NCBI GenBank assembly: GCA_900549325.1
Contig: UROI01000003.1
Span: 1-62,733, forward strand
DNA length: 62,733 nt
Reading direction: 5' to 3'
From: an uncultured Mycoplasmatota bacterium
GTDB taxonomy: Bacteria; Bacillota_I; Bacilli_A; RF39; UBA660
The translations under genes and the position numbers were made by a program. The notes below the pieces were generated by a model, which saw only the letters and a program-made list of their open reading frames with translations, searched no databases and was not told where the DNA came from. Below are positions 35,239 through 47,682 of the stretch, piece after piece. The first letter of the stretch is position 1. Every line of letters starts with the position of its first letter.

Positions 35239-36757
35239 ATACTTTTACTTTGATATCATTTTGAGTTAATATGTTATATATACTGTTTTCTACTGATGTA
35301 TTTGTAGTTAATTTACTTATTGATAATGTTAAAATATTATTACACGTTATAATAGAAAATGAGGCTCTATTTGTAATAGCGGTTCCTAAGACAAAATCCA
35401 TCTTTTCTACTTCTTTTTGTATTTCTTTTGGTAATTTTATATTACCTAGATTGGATAATACTGTAGTTTGAGATTTATCACCAGCATAACCATATATTAA
35501 TTTAGCTACTGGTCTTTTTATAAATAGTGGAATGAATTTTAAATACTTTATTAAATTATCTGTATATTTTAATAATTCATCTAAGTTATCTTTAGTATTT
35601 TTTTCTCTTAATTGTCTTTGTACTTCAAGTAAAGTACTATCTAAATCTTTTACATCCTCTCTTGGAATATTTATGGATACATATAATGAGAAGTTTCTTA
35701 ATGTTTTAGAGGGATAGTATTTACGCATATTTACTGGTACTTGTATTTTTATTAGTCCTTTTTTTGATGTTGAATATGATATTGTTAGAAATAAAATACT
35801 TAACATTAGTTCTGTTATAGTGGCATTCTTTTCTTTAGATAGTTTTTTTATATCATTTAAATCTATATCAAAATGTAATATCTGACATGGTCTAACGCTT
35901 GATTTTTTTCCATCTATTTGAATAGCCTTTTTCTCTATTAGACTTTGTGATTTTATCTTTGAAACTTTTCCTTTAAATTCATCTTTTGTTTCTTCTTCTT
36001 TAGGTCTTTCATTTATATCTAATACATAATTATTGGTACCTTGTATTCCTTTTAATAATTTTAGATAAGTAGCCACTAGTGTGGATAGAAATATGGTAGC
36101 TCCTGTTCCATCTGTTAGGGTATGAAAGCATTCTATACTTATTCTATTTTTATAGTATAGTGATTTAAATGATTGTTTACCTATGTTTGATACATTTATA
36201 TATGAACATGGTAATTTTTTTTCTTCATGGATATGGAATCTTTTCTTTATCCCATCTAAATAGTGCCAAAAGAAGCCTCTTCTTACTGATGTTCTAAAGG
36301 TAGGAAATCTTTTCATAGTAAATAATAAAGCTATTTGATATATCTCTGGTATGATATCTTCTTTTAAATAACATGATACTCTATAGACACTCATAAGATT
36401 ATCTCTCATTGATAATGGATATATTTTAGCGGCACTATCTAATGGATACCAGTTTTCTGGTTCTTTTTGATAAATGTCTCCAAGGTTATCTATGGATAAT
36501 ATTTTAAGAGTTTCTTCAAGTGGTTTACCATTTTTTATATAGTACTCTATGGCCTTCTCAAAGTCTTCATTTATTTTTATGGTTTCTTTTTTTGTTAGAG
36601 ATATATTATTATTTAGATTGGTGAAATATTCTTTTATTATTTTTTCTTCTTCTAGATTAAAGTTCTTGTAAAAGGTTCTTCTTTGTTTCAATTTATCACT
36701 TCCATATTTATTATAGCACAATATAGTGATTATTTGTGTACTTTTTCCCATGGACAA
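35207..36757 (-). CDS. Condensation-domain-like acyltransferase (alcohol acetyltransferase / WS-DGAT-like HxxxD enzyme)
   Basis: CFHTLTDGTGA (HxxxDG active-site motif). The ORF-track start overlaps metK by 28 nt. TTG 36691 with SD GGAAGTGA is in frame (495 codons) and is the more likely start. Confidence 0.6.
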   Translation of the reverse strand: MSMGKSTQIITILCYNKYGSDKLKQRRTFYKNFNLEEEKIIKEYFTNLNNNISLTKKETIKINEDFEKAIEYYIKNGKPLEETLKILSIDNLGDIYQKEPENWYPLDSAAKIYPLSMRDNLMSVYRVSCYLKEDIIPEIYQIALLFTMKRFPTFRTSVRRGFFWHYLDGIKKRFHIHEEKKLPCSYINVSNIGKQSFKSLYYKNRISIECFHTLTDGTGATIFLSTLVATYLKLLKGIQGTNNYVLDINERPKEEETKDEFKGKVSKIKSQSLIEKKAIQIDGKKSSVRPCQILHFDIDLNDIKKLSKEKNATITELMLSILFLTISYSTSKKGLIKIQVPVNMRKYYPSKTLRNFSLYVSINIPREDVKDLDSTLLEVQRQLREKNTKDNLDELLKYTDNLIKYLKFIPLFIKRPVAKLIYGYAGDKSQTTVLSNLGNIKLPKEIQKEVEKMDFVLGTAITNRASFSIITCNNILTLSISKLTTNTSVENSIYNILTQNDIKVKVYGSEDYESRK

Positions 36758-37824
36758 TCTATATTGGTTCTTCCAAAATGACCATAGGCTGCAAGTGGAT
36801 AATAGATTGGTTTTTGTAAATCTAATTCTTTTATGATATTATCTACACTGAAATTGAAATTGTTATTTACATATTTATATATTTCTTCTTCAGATACTTT
36901 ATTTGTATTAAAGGTATTTATATATAATGATATTGGATAGGCTTTCCCTATAGCATAACTTAGTTCTATTTCACATTTATCAGCATAGCCTTTGGCAACA
37001 ATGTTTTTAGCTACATATCTAGCATAATAGGCTGCACTTCTATCTACTTTAGAAGGATCTTTACTACTGAAACATCCTCCTCCTACTTTACCCATTCCAC
37101 CGTATGTATCACATACTATTTTTCTACCAGTAGTACCGCTATCACCAAAAGAACCTCCTAATGTAAAGCTACCGCTGGTATTGGTTAAGATATTTGTTTT
37201 ATCATCTATTAGATTGCTTGGCACTACTTTATTTATTACTTTTTCTATTATATATTTTCTTAATTCTTTACTAGATACTTCTTTTTTATGCTGAGATGCT
37301 ATAATTATGGTATCTATTCTTTTGGGAATATCATTTTGATATTCTACTGTTACTTCGGTTTTACCATCAGGTAATAAAGGACTATCTTTATCTTCTTTTC
37401 TTACCTTGGTTAAATTATAGGCTAGTTTATTGGCAAGCATTATTGACATAGGCATTAATTCTTTTGTTTCATTAGTGGCATAACCAAACATTATTCCTTG
37501 GTCTCCTGCCATAATGGTATCTTTTTCTACAGCCTTATTTATTTCTTTAGACTGCTTACCTACTTTTACTATTACGTGGTATTCTTCATTATAACCTATA
37601 TCTTTTAGTACTTCTTTGGCTAATTTTTCATAATCTAGTTTAGCCTTGGTACTTGCTTCTCCATATATTAGTATTAAATCATCTTTGATTGTGGCCTCAA
37701 CAGCCATTTTACTAGTTTTATCTTGTCTTAAGGCTTCATCTAAAATGTAATCACTTATTTTATCACATATTTTATCTGGATGTCCTTCAGTTACTGATTC
37801 ACTAGTAAATAAATATTTTTTCAT
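36730..37824 (-). CDS. metK: S-adenosylmethionine synthetase
   Basis: FTSESVTEGHPDKICDKISD, GDQGIMFGYA, GGGCFSSKDPSKVDRSAAY. Confidence 0.93.
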   Translation of the reverse strand: MKKYLFTSESVTEGHPDKICDKISDYILDEALRQDKTSKMAVEATIKDDLILIYGEASTKAKLDYEKLAKEVLKDIGYNEEYHVIVKVGKQSKEINKAVEKDTIMAGDQGIMFGYATNETKELMPMSIMLANKLAYNLTKVRKEDKDSPLLPDGKTEVTVEYQNDIPKRIDTIIIASQHKKEVSSKELRKYIIEKVINKVVPSNLIDDKTNILTNTSGSFTLGGSFGDSGTTGRKIVCDTYGGMGKVGGGCFSSKDPSKVDRSAAYYARYVAKNIVAKGYADKCEIELSYAIGKAYPISLYINTFNTNKVSEEEIYKYVNNNFNFSVDNIIKELDLQKPIYYPLAAYGHFGRTNIDCPWEKVHK

Positions 37825-37844
37825 TATATCACTCCTTCTTTGTT

Positions 37845-37988
37845 TTTATCAAAAAGAAAAAACTCTTGAAAGAGTTTGTAGCTAGCATTATTCTCTTTCA
37901 TCGTTATTAGCTGTACCACCTTACTTTATGCAGGTTGGTATGAGTTCATAGAGCTAATTCTCTCCCTCATTCTTGATAAAATACATTT
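37845..37988 (-). promoter_or_regulatory. SAM-I (S-box) riboswitch leader with terminator, upstream of metK
   Basis: Minus strand: UUAUCAAGA..GAGGGA..AUGAA..CCAACC..AAGGUGG..GAAAGAGAAUAA, then terminator AAACUCUUucAAGAGUUU plus U-run (plus 37860-37877). Matched by eye to the yitJ-type consensus. Confidence 0.7.
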
Positions 37989-38044
37989 ATATTATATATT
38001 ATTTTTGATACTTATACAAGTAATTTTGTTTATTTTTTTATTAT

Positions 38045-38133
38045 TTAGGTATATATAACTGGCTTATATATGATAGATTTTATTTTTAGACTATAGGCTA
38101 AAAATAACACTCTAAGACTACAGGCTTAGAGTG
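38045..38133 (+). repeat. Double-hairpin element, copy f
   Basis: Box GGCTTATATATGATAGA (38061-38077). ttatttttag-ACTATAGG-ctaaaaataa (38080-38107). cactctaag-ACTACAGG-cttagagtg (38108-38133). Confidence 0.9.
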
Positions 38134-38143
38134 ATAATATTAA

Positions 38144-38527
38144 TTAATTATATTTTATTTCTTTTATATATGGTTTAGCGGATATTAAACCCATCTTTGG
38201 TATTATAGTTATTGTTACTTCTTTTTTATCTTCAGATAACTCTATATTTTCAATTACATCTTTTTCAGTACTTATTATTTTTATTTCATGCATACTTAAA
38301 GTACTACTGGTAGTTAATGATGAATTATTAGATAATGTACCTAGCTTAGTATCATCTATGTATACATCAAATGGTATAGCAAAACCTAACATTTTCTTTT
38401 CTCTTACTATAGTTATCTTTCCAATATTATTTTCATTATTTAATGGAGTTTCTTTACCACAATGAGGACAGAATTTGGCTCCTAAATCTAATTTACATCC
38501 ACAATTTAAACATATCATATTAAACAC
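38144..38527 (-). CDS. Zinc-ribbon protein with beta-rich C-terminal domain
   Basis: 127 aa. CLNCGCKLDLGAKFCPHCG. Confidence 0.55.
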   Translation of the reverse strand: MFNMICLNCGCKLDLGAKFCPHCGKETPLNNENNIGKITIVREKKMLGFAIPFDVYIDDTKLGTLSNNSSLTTSSTLSMHEIKIISTEKDVIENIELSEDKKEVTITIIPKMGLISAKPYIKEIKYN

Positions 38528-38630
38528 TTCCTATCTACATACTTATATTAACATAAGTATATTTTTTTTGCAATTTTATTATATACTTTTTTGTACTTAT
38601 GTGATAAAATTATACTAGGAGAAGAAGAAT

Positions 38631-40394
38631 ATGTTAGGGAAGATTATTGCTATTAATGAAAATGTTGTATCTGTTAAATTAGAAGTTAATGTCTATGATT
38701 TTGATGGTTTAATAGGTAAGAATGTTACTTTTAAAGATGAAAATATTACTAGTATTGGAGAAGTTACTGCTATTGGTAATGGTATTATGCAGGCTATTTT
38801 GGTTGGTGAAATTAAAGATGGTAAATTTTTATATGGAGATATTTCTAAGCCTTCCTTTAAGGCTATATGTTATTTGATTGATAATGCTACTTTGGATATT
38901 GTTCTAAATAGTGATGCTGCTAATACTATTAAACTTGGTAAATCTTATATATATCCTGATTATGATATTAAACTTGATGTTGGTAATTTCTTTTCTAATC
39001 ATTTTGCTATACTAGGTAATTCTGGTAGTGGTAAATCTTATTTGGTTGCTAAGATACTACAGGGAATCTTCTATCAGTGTAAGACTCTTCCGTTTTATTC
39101 TAATATTTTCTTATTTGATGCTTATGGTGAATATCAAAGAGCCTTCTCGAGAATACACGAGGTTAATGAAAATATTAATTATAAAGTATATACTACAGAT
39201 TTAAATAGTACGGAGTTTGAAATACTTACTTATCCTTTTTGGCTTTTAGGAGTAGATGATTTATGTTTACTTATGGGTGTTACTTCTAGAGAACAGATTC
39301 CAATAGTAGAAAAGACTTTGAAGTTAGTTAGTTATTTTTCTAGAGATGAAAATGAAGTTATTAATCAGAAGAATGATATTATTGCTAGATGTTTACTTGA
39401 TATATTGTTTTCTGGTAAGGCTCCTAGTATGATAAGAAATAAAGTTGTATCTATTCTTACTAAGTTTAGTACTAGTAATTTGAATCTTGAGGTTAAACTT
39501 GAAAAAGGTGGATGGGCTAGAACTATAAGACAATGTTTATTTGTAGAACAAGGTGGAGAGTTTGCGGATGTTGAACTTGTTATTGAGTATTTAGAGAGTT
39601 TATGTCTAGATAACTTTGAACTTTCTTTACCTAATGGTGAATTTATGTATTCTATGAAAGATTTTAGTACAGCTTTAGAGTTTGCTCTTATATCTGAGGG
39701 GGCTCTTAATAGTGATACTGCCTTTGAACTTGGTAATGCTCTTAAAGTTAGATTTAATAATCTTATGAATAGTGATTATTCTAGATATTTTGATTATAAT
39801 GGTTATATTAATAGAGAGGGATATATTAATTTACTTCTTACTTGTAATAATGGTAGAAAGGCACAGATTGTTAACTTTAATATTAATTATGTTGATGATA
39901 GATTTGCTAAAAACTTAGTTAAGATTTATTCTAAACTTTTGTTTGATTATATTGTATCTTTAAATCAAAGAGCTACGATGCCATTTCATATTGTACTTGA
40001 AGAGGCTCATAGATATGTACAGAATGATAGTGATGTTATGATTCTTGGTTATAATATATTTGAGAGAATTACTAAAGAAGGTAGAAAGTATGGTTTACTA
40101 CTTGGAATTGTTTCACAGAGGCCTTCTGAATTATCAGAAACTACGATATCACAGTGTAGTAATTTCTTAGTATTTAAGATGTTCCATCCTAGAGATTTGC
40201 AGTTTATTAAAGATATTATTTCTAGTGCTGATGTTACTTTAACTAATAAGATTAAGACATTACATCCTGGTACTTGTATTATGTTTGGTACTGCTTTTAA
40301 ACTTCCTACGATTGCTATACTTGATAAACCTAATCCTGAACCTCTTAGTCAAAACTGTGATATTAATAAGACTTGGTATCTTAATAATAATTAA
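38631..40394 (+). CDS. HerA-like / DUF87 ASCE ATPase
   Basis: 587 aa. N-terminal HAS-barrel-like MLGKIIAINENVVSVKLEV. Walker A AILGNSGSGKSY, Walker B PFHIVLEEAHRY, RKYGLLLGIVSQRPSEL. Confidence 0.7.
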   Translation: MLGKIIAINENVVSVKLEVNVYDFDGLIGKNVTFKDENITSIGEVTAIGNGIMQAILVGEIKDGKFLYGDISKPSFKAICYLIDNATLDIVLNSDAANTIKLGKSYIYPDYDIKLDVGNFFSNHFAILGNSGSGKSYLVAKILQGIFYQCKTLPFYSNIFLFDAYGEYQRAFSRIHEVNENINYKVYTTDLNSTEFEILTYPFWLLGVDDLCLLMGVTSREQIPIVEKTLKLVSYFSRDENEVINQKNDIIARCLLDILFSGKAPSMIRNKVVSILTKFSTSNLNLEVKLEKGGWARTIRQCLFVEQGGEFADVELVIEYLESLCLDNFELSLPNGEFMYSMKDFSTALEFALISEGALNSDTAFELGNALKVRFNNLMNSDYSRYFDYNGYINREGYINLLLTCNNGRKAQIVNFNINYVDDRFAKNLVKIYSKLLFDYIVSLNQRATMPFHIVLEEAHRYVQNDSDVMILGYNIFERITKEGRKYGLLLGIVSQRPSELSETTISQCSNFLVFKMFHPRDLQFIKDIISSADVTLTNKIKTLHPGTCIMFGTAFKLPTIAILDKPNPEPLSQNCDINKTWYLNNN

Positions 40395-40444
40395 TATACA
40401 TAAAAAGATAATTCTAAATATGCAGAATTATCTTTTGTTTATAT

Positions 40445-40499
40445 CCTCAGAAGCCTAAGGTCTTCTTGAGGCAAATTGGAGCCTGTAGTCTCCAATTTG
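40445..40499 (-). repeat. Double-hairpin element, copy g (reverse orientation)
   Basis: cctcagaag-CCTAAGGT-cttcttgagg (40445-40471, 1-nt bulge). caaattggag-CCTGTAGT-ctccaatttg (40472-40499). Confidence 0.9.
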
Positions 40500-40562
40500 A
40501 TTATCTTTGTTGTTGTAGTATAATAATTCTTTGAGTTATTATCTGTTTTTCTAAACTTCAAA

Positions 40563-40581
40563 TAGTCACAAATTGTGACTA
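40563..40581. other. Perfect 19-bp palindrome TAGTCACAAATTGTGACTA in a gene-free stretch
   Basis: Read directly. Followed by three TTTTTGTC(A/T)-type direct repeats at about 40596-40640. Confidence 0.85.
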
Positions 40582-40699
40582 GCTCTTTTTCCTATTTTTT
40601 TGTCTTTAACTGGTAACTTTTTGTCACCAATTCTTTTTTGACTTTTTTATTTTTAACTTATACTTTTTTCTCCTATAACATTCATTATTAAACTTTTTT

Positions 40700-40754
40700 T
40701 ATTTTAAAGACTACAGGCTTTAAAATACTTTTTGAAGACCTTAGGCTTCAAAAA
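40700..40754 (+). repeat. Double-hairpin element, copy h
   Basis: tattttaaag-ACTACAGG-ctttaaaata (40700-40727). tttttgaag-ACCTTAGG-cttcaaaaa (40729-40754). Confidence 0.9.
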
Positions 40755-40784
40755 ACCTCATTAAACTTTTAAGGTTAATGAGGT
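40750..40784 (-). terminator. uvrA intrinsic terminator
   Basis: acctcattaa / ttaatgaggt 10-bp stem (40755-40784), followed on the minus strand by a T-run. Confidence 0.75.
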
Positions 40785-40798
40785 ATATATAAATATAA

Positions 40799-43615
<2,817 letters not shown>

Positions 43616-43663
43616 CGCCTCTTCTTTGGTATTATATCACAATTTTTTAAATTTATAAACAAG

Positions 43664-43687
43664 AAAAAAATGCTAATTAAAGCATTT
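43664..43687 (-). terminator. Terminator after the 169-aa gene
   Basis: aaatgct / agcattt stem with T7 on the minus strand. Confidence 0.6.
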
Positions 43688-43694
43688 ATATTTA

Positions 43695-44204
43695 TTATAG
43701 TTTTAACTGACCTGGTAAAACTGTTTCAATACCAGCCCAAGGATTATTTACTGTCTTTTCTAATACTTTAGGATGCTCCTCTAGTGATTCTTTTTCATCG
43801 TAAGTTTCATCCATTGATGGTATTACTTGGTCCGCTGAACTTATGGTCTCTTGATGCTCCACTACTGGATGATCTAATCTATCTTGCTCTACAAGTGCTT
43901 TAGCTTCCTCTCTATAAATACTAGCTTCTTTTGGATTTGTAATAATGGAAGGATTGATAACTGGCTCTACCACTGATTTTGGTTGAAGTGCTTCTGATAC
44001 AATGGCATCATTATTATTAGTTACTTGTTCTTGCTTTTTATCTTCATGTAAATCTTTATCGAGTTCTGGTATTTCTATATTAAATTCACTTTCTATAGCT
44101 CTTAGTATACCGAATAAGCCTTCAGAATTTGCAACTTTTCTAATTAAATTTATTCTCTCTGTATCGCTTATTTTTCTATCTTCCATAATACTCCTCCTTG
44201 TCAA
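43695..44204 (-). CDS. Hypothetical acidic protein
   Basis: 169 aa, E/P/V-rich, no motif recognised. Confidence 0.45.
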   Translation of the reverse strand: MTRRSIMEDRKISDTERINLIRKVANSEGLFGILRAIESEFNIEIPELDKDLHEDKKQEQVTNNNDAIVSEALQPKSVVEPVINPSIITNPKEASIYREEAKALVEQDRLDHPVVEHQETISSADQVIPSMDETYDEKESLEEHPKVLEKTVNNPWAGIETVLPGQLKL

Positions 44205-44256
44205 GTATAGTATATAGTAATTTTATTAAAAAGTAAATGTTTTTTTATCTACATTT

Positions 44257-44823
44257 TTAATTTGACATTAATTTGATAGTTTTATCTTGTATTCTCTTTA
44301 TTATATTATATACAGTTCTTAATTTATTATCAGTTATTTCTGATATTTCAAATACTGTATAATTTTGCTCTTTTAAAATAAATATTAGTTCTTCTTTCCA
44401 AGTTAGAACTTTTAGTATCTTATTTCTTAAACTTAAATAATCATATTCATTATATAAATTTATTTCAGGATTATATTTATTGCTTCCTAGTTCTAATATC
44501 TTTTCGTTATTATATTCATATGATATTGATTCATTTAATATTTTATTTTTAGTATTGTTATATTTTAATATGTAGTTAGTTAGATTATTATCTATTATTT
44601 TATTTAAATAAGTTTTAAAGGTATTTTTGTCTATGTAGTTATCTACGGCTTTATAAAAAGATATTTCGGTTTCACTTAATAATTCTTTTATATCTATGTG
44701 CGAACTTCTGTTATATGATAGTGCTTTAGTATACAATAGGCTATTATACTTTTTTCTTAATTCATTTACTGCATCTTCATTATTTTCTTGTGCTAAATAT
44801 AATAGTTCATAATCGTTATACAT
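44257..44823 (-). CDS. sigH: Sigma-70-family sigma factor, SigH-like by position
   Basis: 188 aa. Region-2-like N-terminus and C-terminal HTH (YTVFEISEITDNKLRTVYNIIKRI). Sits downstream of mrnC-rlmB as sigH does in Bacillus. Confidence 0.55.
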   Translation of the reverse strand: MYNDYELLYLAQENNEDAVNELRKKYNSLLYTKALSYNRSSHIDIKELLSETEISFYKAVDNYIDKNTFKTYLNKIIDNNLTNYILKYNNTKNKILNESISYEYNNEKILELGSNKYNPEINLYNEYDYLSLRNKILKVLTWKEELIFILKEQNYTVFEISEITDNKLRTVYNIIKRIQDKTIKLMSN

Positions 44824-44824
44824 A

Positions 44825-45532
44825 TTAAATCCCCCTAGATCTATTTATTTCTGATAAGAATATTCCACATGCTACGGAAGCATTTAGACTATTTACGGTT
44901 CCTTTCATTGGTATTTTAGCAATGAAATCACAGTTATCTGCGGTAACCTTGCTTATACCTTTTCCTTCGTTTCCTATTACTAATCCGATTTTTGTTTTGT
45001 AATCTATTTCTGTATAATTAGTTCCTTCCATATCTGTTCCTACTATCCAGTATCCTAAATCTTTTAATTTTCTGATGGCATTATTGATATTTGGTACATT
45101 TACTATTTTTACTTTTTCTATTGTACCAACTGATGTTTTAACAACCGTACTTGTTATTTGAACACTGCGGTCATTTGGAACTATTATGGCATCTACACCA
45201 AAGGCTTCACTAGAACGAACAATGGCTCCAAGATTATGGGGATCTTCAAGATGATCTAGTATAACTACAAGGGGATATTCTGTAGTAATATTTGGTATTA
45301 CATCATCAAATGAATATGTTTTAATATCCTCTACTTCAAGTATTATACCCTGATGTAATCCTTTACACATTTTATCTAATTCTCTATTATCAAGAATTTT
45401 TGTATTTATGTTTTTTCTTTCTATTAAAGATAGTATTTCTTCATCTTTAAACTTACTACTTAAGTATATTTTATGTATTTTTTTATTTTCTTTTAAAGCC
45501 TCTAGGGCTACATTTTTACCATATATTTTCAT
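44825..45532 (-). CDS. rlmB: 23S rRNA (guanosine-2'-O)-methyltransferase, TrmH/SpoU family group 3
   Basis: LDHLEDPHNLGAIVRSSEAFG, LVIGNEGKGIS, SLNASVACGI. Confidence 0.8.
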   Translation of the reverse strand: MKIYGKNVALEALKENKKIHKIYLSSKFKDEEILSLIERKNINTKILDNRELDKMCKGLHQGIILEVEDIKTYSFDDVIPNITTEYPLVVILDHLEDPHNLGAIVRSSEAFGVDAIIVPNDRSVQITSTVVKTSVGTIEKVKIVNVPNINNAIRKLKDLGYWIVGTDMEGTNYTEIDYKTKIGLVIGNEGKGISKVTADNCDFIAKIPMKGTVNSLNASVACGIFLSEINRSRGI

Positions 45533-45903
45533 TATTTCACCTCAATTAAATTTAATATTTCATATAGTCTTTCTTTGTTATTTAGATATAGGTCTCCGAG
45601 TAATGACTCAAACCCTGTAGATAATTTATAAGTAATTATGTCAGTGTTTTTAGGATGGCTGTTATTTTTATAGTTTCTTCCTCTTTTTACTATATCTAAT
45701 TCTTCTTCAGTTAATAAATTATTGTCTTTTAGATAGTTTAATGCTCTTACTTCTCCTTTAGCGGATACATGCTCTACTTGTTTTTTCTGTATTTTTTCTA
45801 TATCGTTATAGCCTGCCTCTATTAATTTTTCTCTTATGTAAAGGGAATAAATGGCATCTCCAAGTAAAGCTAAAACTTGGATGTTAATTAATTTTGTATT
45901 CAT
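45532..45903 (-). CDS. mrnC: Mini-ribonuclease III
   Basis: 123 aa. LALLGDAIYSLYIRE, VSAKGEV, STGFESLLGDLYL. Confidence 0.8.
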   Translation of the reverse strand: MNTKLINIQVLALLGDAIYSLYIREKLIEAGYNDIEKIQKKQVEHVSAKGEVRALNYLKDNNLLTEEELDIVKRGRNYKNNSHPKNTDIITYKLSTGFESLLGDLYLNNKERLYEILNLIEVK

Positions 45904-45975
45904 AATAACCTCAATTCTGTTGTTATTATATATTATTTATTTGGTTATGTCAATTGGTTAAAAAGAAAAAGAGCT

Positions 45976-46635
45976 TTAAGCTCCTTGATTATAATTTTGT
46001 TGTATTTGGCCAAACATTGATGGTCCATTATTTGGAACATTATTTACTGGTATTGGATTGTTTACTGGTTCTGTAGCTGGTCCAAAAAATGGAGTATTTT
46101 GACTATTAGTACTCATATTTGGCATAGTATTTTGTACTGTGTTAAAGTTATCAGTAGTTTCCATCATATTACCAATGGTAGGCATCTGTGGCTCCCAAAG
46201 ATTTCCACTAAAGTTCACTCTTGTATTATTGTTTTGTACTGGAACACTCTGTGGTACTTCAAGTGAAGGAATTGTATTGTTTATGTTACTATTTACTTGA
46301 GGTATTGGTTCACTTGATATTGAGATTGTTTCCTGTTTGTTATTTGGTACTTCGTTTACTGGAACACTTTCTGGTACATTAAATGTTGACATATTTATAT
46401 TAGGCATAGTACTCTCTGAAGTGGCTCTAGCATTTGGTACTTCAAATGTGGGAATATCAATTTTTATTTCTGGTGTACTTGGTACTGGTTGTATATTTTC
46501 TTTTACAGGTTCTGTCATAGGTTTTATTTCTTCACTATTATATTTACTATTTAATACCTTTAGGGTCTCTCTAGTAGGATTTTCTAACAACTCTTTAGTT
46601 ATATCTTCCAATTCTTCTTTACTTAGATACTTCAT
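45976..46635 (-). CDS. Low-complexity N/P/V-rich protein
   Basis: 219 aa. Structured N-terminus (MKYLSKEELEDITKELLENPTRETL), then repetitive P/N/V-rich sequence. Confidence 0.45.
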   Translation of the reverse strand: MKYLSKEELEDITKELLENPTRETLKVLNSKYNSEEIKPMTEPVKENIQPVPSTPEIKIDIPTFEVPNARATSESTMPNINMSTFNVPESVPVNEVPNNKQETISISSEPIPQVNSNINNTIPSLEVPQSVPVQNNNTRVNFSGNLWEPQMPTIGNMMETTDNFNTVQNTMPNMSTNSQNTPFFGPATEPVNNPIPVNNVPNNGPSMFGQIQQNYNQGA

Positions 46636-46707
46636 ATAGGTACCCCTCCTCTATTCTAAATAGATTATAATATAAAAAAGAAAAAAAGTAAATACAATTT
46701 CACTTTT

Positions 46708-47682
46708 TTATATTAAATTATCTCTGTCATAAATGTTTATATTATATAAACTATAAATATCAATATTTGCAGCTTCAGTAAACTTAATAAAACATAAATC
46801 TTCAATAACTATATCTTTATTTTTAGGTAGTTTAAATTCTTTTTTTATGTCATTTCTTAGTTTAGAATTATCTAGTCCTGTTTTAACTATATTTAAATTG
46901 TTAGCTAGATATATAGCAATATTATTATTACTGAAATAATCTATTCTTACTTTGTTATCAATTATTAGTGAACCTTTGCCTTTTAACTGGTAACTTCTTG
47001 GTTTTATTTCTTTTTTAGGAGTTATTCTCTTTATTTCTTTTAAATCTAGTTTATTTATTATACTTCCTTCAGATATTAAACCCGGAGTATCTACAATATG
47101 AATGCCCTCTAGGTCTATTTCTATTTTGTTTAAGGTTGTTGATGGATAAATACTAGTGGTTACTTCAATATCTTTTTCAGAATAATTTTTTATTATTTTA
47201 TTTATTAGTGTTGATTTACCTGAATTGGTATTGCCTATGAAGTATACTTCTTTATTATTATTATATTTTTTTATTTTATTCATTAGGCTATCTAAATTAT
47301 AATTTTTTACTGAACTTATTACTTCAATATCTAGATAGTTATTTACTCTCTTTGCTACATAGTCTATTAACTTATAATCTTTTACTGACTTTGGAAATAG
47401 ATCTTTTTTGGTTAGAACTATTATTACATTGTTAAAGTTATTTGCAATGTCTAAGTTTAAGCTTAGTAGGGATGTAAGATAAACTACTAATGAGTCTTTG
47501 GGAATACTATTTAATATATTTTGATAATCTTTATTGTCTAGGGTTACTTCTTTATATTCACCATAGTATTTTAATTTAAAACATCTTTCACAAATATCTT
47601 TATTTAAATCATCTACATAGCCTTCTTTATCTATGTTATCGTTTTGAAGTAATACTCCGCATCCTGAACATTTCTTAGTCAT
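46708..47682 (-). CDS. yqeH: Ribosome biogenesis GTPase YqeH (circularly permuted, N-terminal zinc ribbon)
   Basis: CSGCG...CERC. G4 TKKD precedes G1 GNTNSGKST and G3 DTPG. Confidence 0.8.
   Translation of the reverse strand: MTKKCSGCGVLLQNDNIDKEGYVDDLNKDICERCFKLKYYGEYKEVTLDNKDYQNILNSIPKDSLVVYLTSLLSLNLDIANNFNNVIIVLTKKDLFPKSVKDYKLIDYVAKRVNNYLDIEVISSVKNYNLDSLMNKIKKYNNNKEVYFIGNTNSGKSTLINKIIKNYSEKDIEVTTSIYPSTTLNKIEIDLEGIHIVDTPGLISEGSIINKLDLKEIKRITPKKEIKPRSYQLKGKGSLIIDNKVRIDYFSNNNIAIYLANNLNIVKTGLDNSKLRNDIKKEFKLPKNKDIVIEDLCFIKFTEAANIDIYSLYNINIYDRDNLI

Noticed and set aside
36730-36757. 28-nt overlap of the acyltransferase ORF with the metK 3' end as a functional overlap.
   Set aside because: An in-frame TTG at 36691 with a good SD removes the overlap, so this is most likely an ORF-caller over-extension.
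43616-43664. LexA (Cheo) box upstream of uvrA.
   Set aside because: Only an extended -10 (TGATATAAT) is visible. No CGAAC-N4-GTTCG-like sequence is present.
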